From: Octopus bimaculoides | Lineage: Eukaryota | NCBI RefSeq assembly: GCF_001194135.2 | Contig: NC_068985.1 | Span: 1,977,562 to 2,037,867 of the forward strand | Reading direction: 5' to 3' | DNA: 60,306 nt | In this document: piece by piece, positions 50,975 to 60,306 of the stretch | Layout: each line of letters opens with the position of its first letter | Position numbering within the stretch: position 1 is the stretch's first letter | Made by a program: the position numbers and the translations under genes | Notes under the pieces: model-generated | Database searches by the model: none | Told to the model about the DNA's origin: nothing | What the model saw: only the letters and a program-made list of their open reading frames with translations

Positions 50975-51300
50975 TTCGTTTGACTGTGGCTATGCTGGGG
51001 CACTGCCCTGATAAATTAAGTACCAGTTACATACTGGGGTTGATCTAATCGACTAGCCCCCACCTCCCCAAAACTTTCAAGCCTTGTGCCTAGAGGAGAA
51101 AAGAATATTTATGCCAGACATAAGATGGTGAGCTGACCAAACTGATGCTGGGCAAACTGTCTTTAAATTCTGAGTTCAAACTCCATCAAGGCCGACTTTG
51201 CCCTTCATTCTTTCAAAGCTGATAAATTAAGTACCAGTTGCATACTGTGTCAATCCAGTCCACTTAACCCCTCCCCTGAAATTTCAGGCCTTGTGCCAAA
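50975..51300 (+). mobile_element. SINE cluster: family A tail (-) fused to a family B tail (+), then a family B copy at 51120-51300
   Basis: tttgactgtggctatgctggggcactgcc is joined directly to ctgataaattaagtaccagtt...ggggttgat. Confidence 0.65.
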
Positions 51301-52399
51301 ATAACACTCATTTTGAAGTGTGAGTTATAGAGTAGACCATAATGGCCCTGGCCTGGTTTGCTTTCTCAATCGATTATACGTTTAGTTTCATTACTAAAGC
51401 CCTTGCAAAAGCCAAGAACATCACAAAGCCTCGTTCCTAATTTCCTTCCCCACAAATATAAGGCCTCAGATGCACCACGTTGATATAAATCTACATTTTA
51501 GTTATTAAATAACTAACCAAGTCAATTGTTTGATTTTTTACAGTCAGGTGTAATACTGTTAACAAAGAGATTAATCATCTTACCTTTAGTGACATGGGAA
51601 TTTGTGGTCTTCATGCATTTTTGTCTTTTCTAATATAATGTTCATAATTGTTTATGAGAAAGAAATATAAAAGTTTATGCAAAGTTATTAATATCAGTCA
51701 TGGATAAATAGAAAATGGAAACAAAGTAGAATAAAAGAAGTGAAAGAGAGATGAAGGAGAGGACACTGCAAAAGGAGTGAATCCCTTATAGGCTTTGGAA
51801 CACTCGAATGGGGAGAAAACACAAATAAATCGGCAGGGGGGGGGGGGTCTGTTGTTTATCTCTTTCTTTGCTGTTATAGCATTGGTTCAATATTATGGAA
51901 ACTGTAATCTGGTGGTGAGTCTTAACGGTTCTTGCAAAATATACAAATGTTACAAACAAATTCCCATTGAACAAGAAACAGATTTCTTCACGCTCTGGTT
52001 ATTCATGAGAGAGTCGTAGATATTGCCAAATCCATTTTAATTCTCTTGCTCTGAATTTACTTCTAATTAATAAATCCTTTGAACGAAGGAGGATTCTGGA
52101 TGAGAATTGGTGGAAGAAGAGACAAAATGGTTTGTAGTATTTAGTTCTATCCTTTCATGTTCTGAGTTCAAATTATCTCTGAGATCAACTTTGTCTTTTA
52201 TCCTTTCAGATCAAGCACCAGGTATAATTTGAGATTGATTCTAATCAACTAATGCCACTCTAGAACCTGTGGTTCTGTGCTATTGTAGCAATTCATAAAC
52301 CATTTACAGGAATCTTCATATTTAGACATTTACAGTTATTGAGTCTAGTAACTTGTAGCTCTCTACCATTATTTCTTTTCTTTTAACCTATTTGTTATT

Positions 52400-53450
52400 T
52401 GTCAAGAAATAAACAAGAACCATTCTCAGCTAAAAAGGACAACATTGATATCTTTTTACCTCCTTGAGCCACAGCAAGAAGACTTTAGTTGGATGTGAAT
52501 ATATGATATTCAAGTCAGTTGCAAAGTAGCTTAAATTCAATTTTCTTCTTACATTTTACTTCAGAGAAAATATTCATGCCTAAGATTTCTGTAATGTCTC
52601 CAAGACTGCCCCATATGCTTCGTCAACAGCTTCAAATCCTGATGTTTGATTATTGTAGGGGATAAAAAAAAAAGAGTGGGTAACAGTTCTGGGAATAAAA
52701 GTTTGTGGAGGAGACATATTTAGGATAATTAGAGGCATGGTTGTGAGTGAATCTTAGAATGGAGTTGAAGAAGGAATGACACATAATTTGCTGGTTCAGA
52801 AGAGGAAGTTTTGAAATTAATGGAAGAAGAAACAGGGCAGATGCTGCACGTGAGAGAATCGAGTTTTGTGAGTGAAAGTCTGCTTATCATTTAGATGTCC
52901 TTATTTTGGAAACACTTTAGAATGTCTGGGTAAGTAGCAACTGCTCCATCTTAGACTTGGGAATGTTACTCAAATGAAATGCACTTAAACCTTGTATTGA
53001 GTCAACAGCTGTTTAGGGTTGTTCTAGGTTTTGGTATAGTTTTTAGTTATGGTAAAGATATATTGCAAATGTTAAGACTATGAAAGATTGTGGGTCCTAG
53101 AATTTGTAAAATTTGTGAAAAATTTTGTTGTAAGTTATTCTTGGGTCTTGTAGTGTTGCAAATGTATTTCCTAAGTATTCTTAGTGATTATATCATTGGC
53201 ATTGTTGAATAAGACTAAATTGTTCTATGCATCCATTGGAGGTAATTCAGTTCATTTTGGGGGGGGTTTCCAAATTTCTTAAAGGACGTAGTGCATTTCT
53301 GACATGTAGTGTCTAGTTTTATAAAAATGACATTTGTATGAAAAACACAATTGAAGAGCTAAATGATATTTTATCAGTATGTTAGCATTTTTTTTATTAG
53401 AATCAATAGTGAACGACTCATTGTGCTAATGTCTAAAATGGTTCCAAGCA
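52400..53450 (-). mobile_element. Decayed Penelope-like RT N-terminal region
   Basis: Minus: SRLSLTKLDSLTCSICPVSSSINFKTSSSEPANYVSFLLQ resembles PxFYxLPKIHK...RPIVS...SPT..LS.F.D..LQ. Confidence 0.5.
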
Positions 53451-54811
53451 AGTGTATGATTTCTGTTATCAAGTAGCAGATATCTATTCTACAATGACAG
53501 CCGCTAAAAAATGGTAGCATCTGGATTTTCCCCACTGTGTATTAATCCTGAACACTGCTGGTTTACTTTAATCCTCTCTAATCTGTTGACTCTAGAATCT
53601 TACTTGACTACAAGTTGTTTGGTTTGAAATTTCTGCTGTAAAATAACCTCTAAATAACAACGAAATAATGATTTTGGTAATTAAAATCACAGGTGCAATG
53701 TATACAGGTGCTAATAAATTGGTAGAACTATTAAGGAGAAAATTAAAACATGAGATGAGGTAAATGCTATGGCTGAGGTTCCATGGGGAAGGTTTTGGTT
53801 TTTGGTTGGTTAGGGATCAACTCTAGAGAGTAGTTGAAGAAATAAGGAAGTTTTATCTTATGGGTTAAGACTTTGACAAAAAGGAAATAAGCACAAGAAT
53901 TGGTTCCCTCATTTATGGCTTAAAATATTTCACATTAATATAAAGCAATAAAAAGATATTTAAAAACACTGGTGCCATTCTAGATTGGCAGTGAGTTGCA
54001 GAAGCTGAGAGGTGGAACATGTTAGACTATTAACTTAATCGCTATAGACTCAGTTCTTATAAAAAAAAAGAAAAAAGAAAAAGAAATAGCTCATAGCATT
54101 CATGCAAACAGCAAAATGGATATAAAACAGTAGAAATCAAAAATTTAAGCAAAAACAAAGCCTACATTTTTTACAATACAAAATACGTTAAATGAAGCTA
54201 AAGAATGTAAAGTGAAATGGCGAGTGGGGCACATTTTGATGTTCACCATTATCAGACTGACTTGATGCTATGATCTCCCTTTATGTAATACATTTATCTT
54301 AGCCTGAACTTGACGACTAATTAACAAATAATTAGTAATCAATAGTCTCATACATAATGTCAGCAGCTTACAAAAGTTTTCTTTTGAAAGTCAGAAAACT
54401 GAGAAATTCTTCTACATTCTTGTTTGCTTTTTAACTGGAATTCAAAAATAACATTCAATATTAAGACATGTACATTACTGACAAAAATCGATGAATCTTT
54501 TTTGAAATTATTATCTGAAGGAGATAAAAAGTTACGTATACTTTTTTTGCAATGAAGCATTTTACCCTTAATATGAACTTTGAAATAATCTTTCTATAGT
54601 CTTTGCATTTTCTTTTTATATCTTCTGATGCTTCAACAAGAAACGGCTATATTTTTTTATATTATTTTGTAATGTTATTTGTTTGGTACATCTTTATAAA
54701 ACCTATTTAAGAGTGCACAATATATTTTGTGTTGCATTCATCAAATTCCAATTATGAGATGATGTCTTATGAAATATGAGAATGCTTATACATATATGTG
54801 TATATATACAT

Positions 54812-54939
<128 letters not shown>

Positions 54940-54999
54940 TTATTTATTTATGTATGTATATATATATTCTAAAAGAGTATCAGGTTTACATAATCTTAC

Positions 55000-55041
55000 A
55001 TAATTGTTTTATTTTCTTCTTTGACAGTAATTCCTATATTT
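55000..55041 (-). CDS. Candidate 42-nt exon (unverified)
   Basis: Minus: ctttgttcctttattttcag|AAATATAGGAATTACTGTCAAAGAAGAAAATAAAACAATTAT|gtaaga. The single open frame reads NIGITVKEENKTI. Confidence 0.4.
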
Positions 55042-55401
55042 CTGAAAATAAAGGAACAAAGATATAAAAATGCTTTTTAGTGTTTCTATAAGTAACATAT
55101 CATATTTTGTTGAGCAGTTCTAAGACAAATTTCACAATTCTTTATGAGAGAGAGAAAAAAATTACATCTATAAAACTTATTAACAGCGGTATTGAATTAA
55201 GAGAAATTGGAAATACATATGTTCTCTTCTTACATGGAGAAAAATGTTCTATTATATCCTGACTTAGCTGTCAACGGCCCAGCCTTTAAGAAAAATATAA
55301 TTTCTTGAAATATTGCTGATACAATCATATGATTTATTATTGCAGTACAATTTCTGATTAGAAATTACAATAGTACTAGAGTCACAGGGGTTACTACTTA
55401 C

Positions 55402-55442
55402 TCTTGTAGCTCTCTGACACATTTCATTGAAGCAGTTAAAAG
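55402..55442 (-). CDS. Candidate 41-nt exon (unverified)
   Basis: Minus: tttatgactatatcag|CTTTTAACTGCTTCAATGAAATGTGTCAGAGAGCTACAAGA|gtaagt. LLTASMKCVRELQ(E) is phase-compatible with 55000-55041. Confidence 0.35.
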
Positions 55443-56169
55443 CTGATATAGTCATAAACTTATCTACTCCTCCTTCCACTCTCTTCAATTCTAACTCCCA
55501 TTTCTTTTCTCCATTTTTCTTATACCTTCACCTCTTTCTTTCTTTTTTTTTTTTTTTTCCGGTTCCTCTAGATGCTTGATCAAGTGTCTAATGGATACAC
55601 ACATGAAAATATAAATGAAAAGTGATTTTATCTTGACAGCCTTGCTGGATTGGTGCCAGATTAAGAACAAGTGATTTCAATCTTGTAAAATGACAATTTA
55701 ATCATATTTGTGATTTGTTTCTTTCAATGTCTCACCAATGAGTAAATCATGTGACCAAAGAATTTCTTTATCTTTTGTTCCTCATTTAATTTCTTTTTGT
55801 TACCAGCCAAAATGGTATCTGGCACCATTCTTCACACCAACAGAGAATCACACTCACACATAAACAGATTCTGCTGTCTATCAAGGCTTCACCCTGACTC
55901 ATTTTAAGTTGCCGCTCACCAATTAAGTTTACTTTATCCTTTTATGCAGCCATCTAGACATATACGAAGAACACTGTTTTGAACATAATATTTCTAGATT
56001 ACCAAAATGTGCTGCCATGTTATGAAAACCTTCATCTAACAACCAAAACTTTGATTTGTAAGATGTACTCTAACATAACTAATGGAGAGAGCGAAGAGCT
56101 TTGATTAATTAACACTACACCTGTAATGGGAAGAAACAGTCATTAATTTATAATTAGTTTCCATTAAGA

Positions 56170-56785
56170 AAGGCAGTGAGGTAGCAGAATCGTCGGCATT
56201 GCTGGACAAAATGCCTTTGGCAGTTTTTCATTTGTCTTTACATTCCCAGTTCAAATTCTGACAAGGTTGACTTTGCCTTTCATCTTTTCGGGGTCAATAA
56301 AATAAGTACCAGATATTTACTGGGGTTGATATAATCAACTTATCACCTTACCCATAATTTGCTGGTTTGGACCAAAATTTGAAGTTATTATTATAGGCAC
56401 AAGCATGGGTGTGTGGTAAGAAGTTTGCTTCCCAACCACATGGTTCCAGGTTCAGTTCCACTGAGTGACACCTTTAGCAAGTGTCTTCTACTATAGTTTT
56501 GGGCTGATCAAAGCCATGTGAGTAGGTTTTGTAGATGGAAACTGAGAGAAGCCCATCGTTTATATATCTATGTAAGTGTGTACTTTCGTGTTTGTGTTTG
56601 TCCACACCATTGCTTGACAACTGGTGTTGGTGTATTTACATCTCCATAACTTAGTGGTTGGGCAAAAGAGACTGATAGAATAACTGCCAGGCTTTAAACA
56701 ATAAGTCTTTGGGTTGATTCATTCAATGACAAAAGCGTTTTCAAGGCAATGCCCCAGCATGGCCACAAGTAAAAGATAAAAGGCA
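56170..56785 (+). mobile_element. Tandem SINE family B (56170-56390) and family A (56395-56785)
   Basis: ggcagtgaggtagcagaatcg...ccaaaatttgaa, then gcatgggtgtgtggtaagaagtttgcttcccaaccacatggttccagg...ccccagcatggccacaagtaaaagataaaag. Confidence 0.85.
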
Positions 56786-56966
56786 GAGTAGACAAATTCA
56801 GAATGAAAGTAAATTCAGAAAGGAATGAGTTTGATCTTTGGTCGGACGATGACAGACTGCCAGTGTTTGGTTGCTTGTCTTTAATTATGTTTATTCGTTT
56901 TACACCTGAGTGAGGAAATATCAAAAACAGACACTGGAAACGCATGTATTCTTTCTTTCAAAACTA

Positions 56967-57226
56967 TTAACTCTTTTGTTGCCAACCCGACTGAAACCAC
57001 CTCTGGATTTCTAGTACAAATCTAGTACAATCTAGTACAATCTAGTACAAATGTCTTGTTTTCATAAGTTTTGAATTAAAATTTTCCACCAAACCTTAGT
57101 CACAGTTTATGTTCCTAACATTAGCTGAACGATAACTAATTTATTTTTATAAATTCTTTGTTATATCTAAAATAATTGAAAGAAACACAGAGCATCTCAA
57201 AATAAATACAGTAACGAAAGGGTTAA
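56967..57226. mobile_element. TTAA-bounded (piggyBac-type) MITE-like element
   Basis: Ends ttaactcttttgttgc and gtaacgaaagggttaa are imperfect TIRs with TTAA; internal 10-bp tandem (tctagtacaa) x4 at ~57010-57050. Confidence 0.55.
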
Positions 57227-57990
57227 AGCACAGGTTGGGTAAATTTCTTCCTCAACAGAACAGCAATGCAATGGTAGCTTAATTTAGAGAGAAAGACAAA
57301 CTTAAACAGCAGGCTTTATCATAGGAAATTTATTTGGAGATTCAGAGTTTAATTCTAGTCTCAGACACAAAAAGTTATCTTCTATGAGTTATACTGCAAT
57401 TAACCAGTATTATCAATATGTTTGTTATTATAAATGTAAATTTGCTGCTTCATTAACATTTTATAATAATCTTAAATTTAATGCTCATAAAAGTTAAAAG
57501 ATTCAAATTTATAGAATCTTCAGAAAAAACAACAACAACAGAAATAAACAAACAGAAAAGAAAGAAGAGAAAGAAAATAACTGAGCACTATCTTTCAGCA
57601 TACAGGAAGATAAAACAGACGATGCTAAACGTATATGCAGACACACTCACAGAACGTTTCACAAATTAAATATATTTTCATATAAAACTTCTTAAACATT
57701 TTTACATTTGTTTTATTCATTTGTCTGTTTTTATTTATAAGATTTGGAATAATTTATTGATCTGAGTCATTGAATTCTCATAATCATTAATTTTGAAGTT
57801 ATTTTATAACTTAAATATTAATATATATTTCTTTCATTGTAACTCATATGTTAACATTACTCTTAAATTACAGTAAAACAATCAGATAATCTACAGATCA
57901 TATTGAAATGAATTAAAGGGTTAAGCTTCATTCCAGCTGAGAAAAACTTACACGGATAGAAATAAGTAAGTAACTTACTAATTGATAATA

Positions 57991-58190
57991 CAGTTCTATA
58001 TTTAAGAGATGAGGAATTATGTACATTATTGGGGAAATTTCGAACCTAGGTTCTCATTCCTAAGGTATTTTTCAATGTTACTATTATTATTATCATTATT
58101 ATTATTATTATTGTTATTCAGGTCACTGCCTGGAATCGAACTCGGAATCTTGGGGCTAGTAGCCCGCACTCTTAACCACTACGCCATATA
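57991..58190 (-). mobile_element. tRNA-headed SINE-like repeat (hammerhead module deleted from its internal position)
   Basis: Minus: TGGCGTAGTGG (A box)...GAGTTCGATTCC (B box)...(AAT)n...ccttaggaatgagaacc.aggttcgaaatttcccc|aataatgtacataattcctcatctcttaaatatagaactg. Confidence 0.8.
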
Positions 58191-58195
58191 CCCAA

Positions 58196-58241
58196 GACAT
58201 CTGACGAAGGCTGGAGGGTATATCAGCCGAAACGTTGTGTT
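58196..58241 (+). ncRNA. Minimal type I hammerhead ribozyme-like motif
   Basis: Plus: GACAT-CTGACGA-a-ggctg(gagggtatat)cagcc-GAAA-CG-TT-GTGTT; perfect 5-bp stem II. Confidence 0.7.
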
Positions 58242-58509
58242 AGCAACAAACAAGATGAGGACAAATATCCATCAAATGTAAATAATTACTAATAGATGTC
58301 CTATTCTTAAAAATCAGATTCGTATCAAGTATTTTGTGAAAAGCAGTGTTGTTGGTTGCAGGTTTTTGATGGAACTCAGTTCAGCATCTTTCTGATAGTG
58401 AGTGTGTTATAAGTGTAGCAGTGAGTGTGATGCAACAAATATGAAATAAATACTACAATATTTTTAATTCAAAATTACTGTTTTGTCAATTGATGCATGC
58501 ATGTATGTA

Positions 58510-59373
58510 TGCCGAGGTACTCGAAAGAAACCAGAATTTGGAAATGTTTTATTCACCTTGTTTTACATGTTTACACTTTTATTGCCACTTGAAGCAATGC
58601 ATATGCCCAGATGTGTTTTCCACAGACCGAAGCAGTTCTGGAACTCTTGCAAACTGATGCTTTCAAGACTTCCATCGTTTTTCTTCGCCTCTTCCACGTC
58701 TGCAAATTCCATAGCACCAGGTATTGTCATCAACGAGGACCTTCGAAAAAAGGTCCAAATCAACTCCCAACTCTTCTTTCAGTCATTGCTGCTTTTGATC
58801 TTCCATAAACAGGCGAGTTACGAATTTTGCTGCAGCTCTTTTCATTCGCAATGTCTCATTCAAAAAAGTTGGCAGAACTCCAGGACACACCAGTCACACC
58901 AACAAGTTTGTCAGTTGTTCAGTGAGGATCACCCAAGATCATTTTATGAATTTTCGTGATGTTTTCCTTTGTCCAGGAGGTCAATGGTCACCCTGAACGA
59001 GGTTGATCTACAAGCAGCAAGTAACCATTCTTAAAGCATGAAAACCACCCCCAAAATCTTGTTTTGCTCCTGACAGTGTCCTTGTAAGCTGTTTGAAGCA
59101 TGACAACAGTTTCAGCTGCAGTTTTCCCCAGTAAAAAACAGAATTTCATGGAAGCCCGATGTTCCTTCATATTCAGCCATCACAAAAATCGATGAACTGG
59201 GAGAAGCACTGAAACACAAAAACACACCACGTGGCGGTACGACTTCACCCAACAAAACTGGTCGACAGATTAATGCCTGAGGGTCGTATCAAGTAGCTTC
59301 TAGTGGCAGAAGCCTGAACTACAATGGGCTTGTCCTACAGAGAATGTTCCAGTTACTTTTGGGTACCTCCTCG
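58510..59373 (-). mobile_element. Internally deleted mariner with both TIRs and TA flanks
   Basis: TIRs gaggtactcgaaagaaaccagaa and ttccagttacttttgggtacctc; ORF 58988-59170 MKEHRASMKFCFLLGKTAAETVVMLQTAYKD...PRSG (HTH); ORF 58563-58763 ...SLQEFQNCFGLWKTHLGICIASSG (C-terminus). Confidence 0.9.
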
Positions 59374-59689
59374 TATGTTCTGTTCTATTTTTAATTATTT
59401 GAAGTTTTCATATAAGAAAGAAGCTGGTTTTTAACTACAATACAAGACTCCACCAAATGTCACACTTTGAAGTTGAGAAAAGTCTCGCATATTTTTAGTG
59501 TTTCACTTGATTGTTGTATTTGTAAAGGGTATCTAAGCTGTAGATCGCTTTTTTTTCTAAACAATCCCAGCTTTCCCAGACTGTTATTTAGCTATTTACT
59601 AACAAAGCCAAGTGCACCAATCACATGTATGTGTACGTGTGTATGTGTGTGTGTGTGTGTGTGTGCACGCATACAATAAAGACCACCTT

Positions 59690-60005
59690 CAATTACAAAT
59701 GACCATAGGATTGCGCCTAGAAAGTTCCCTTCCAAGGCACAAGTCCGGCAAGGTTGCTTATTGAAGACCAGCAGTCGCCTATGTATACCAGCCTCCGATC
59801 TCCAAGCTACTGATGTTATCCAAGGGAAAGGCAAAGGCTGAGACAGCTAGGCACCAGTGACATTGCAACTCGTATCTACAGGCTGAGTGAACTGGAGCAA
59901 CGTGAAATAAAGTGTCTTGCTCAAGAACACAACACGCAGCCCGGTCCGGGAATCAAACTCACAGCTTCATGATTCTGAGCTCAACACTCTAACCACTAAG
60001 CTATG
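59690..60005 (-). mobile_element. SINE family D
   Basis: ggattgcgcctagaaagttccc...ggctgagtgaactggagcaacgtgaaataaagtgtcttgctcaagaacacaacacgcagcccggtccgggaatcaaactc. Confidence 0.85.
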
Positions 60006-60306
60006 TGCAATACACACACACACACACTCACTCACACACACACACACACACTCACTCACACACACACACACTCAATCACTCACACACACACACACACACA
60101 CACACAAACATATATATATGTGGATGGTTTTGTTAAGCGGTGTCAAGTTTTACAATTCTGTAAATAGTAATTACAGGAAAGCCTACTTTTTTCTGTCAAG
60201 GGCTTATATGCCCTATTATATGCCCTATTATTAGACTATTTTCCATAGTCATTTGCACAGTGATCACTATTAGCTTTAAGCTTATATAAAAATACCATTA
60301 TATATA

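Noticed and set aside
58110-58190. tRNA gene-like A and B boxes
   Set aside because: No full cloverleaf or acceptor stem; it continues into a repeat body, so it is a SINE head, not a tRNA gene.

Overview
Eukaryotic, AT-rich, repeat-dominated DNA from a gapped draft assembly (10 N-runs). The SINE, LINE and microsatellite repertoire is most consistent with an octopus genome; this is an inference from repeat families, not a database result. I found no confidently identifiable protein-coding gene, rRNA, true tRNA gene or CRISPR array. Most entries in the ORF track are translations of microsatellites or N-gaps. The window contains about four recurring tRNA-derived or RTE-tailed SINE families, RTE and R4/Dong-like LINE fragments, and one L1/Tx1 3' end sitting inside a (TCTA)n microsatellite. 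It also holds three mariner remnants, several MITE-like hairpins and many Penelope-like element (PLE) fragments. The most notable signal is six minimal hammerhead-ribozyme-like motifs (CUGANGA...GAAA + short palindrome + UH). Three belong to a tRNA-headed SINE-like repeat whose copies show PLE-style inversions, two lie in the arms of a ~660-nt PLE foldback, and one has an extended stem II. Low-confidence short minus-strand exon candidates suggest the window may be intronic to a large gene. Coordinates of decayed repeats are approximate (about +/-20 bp). SINE family labels A-D are my own.
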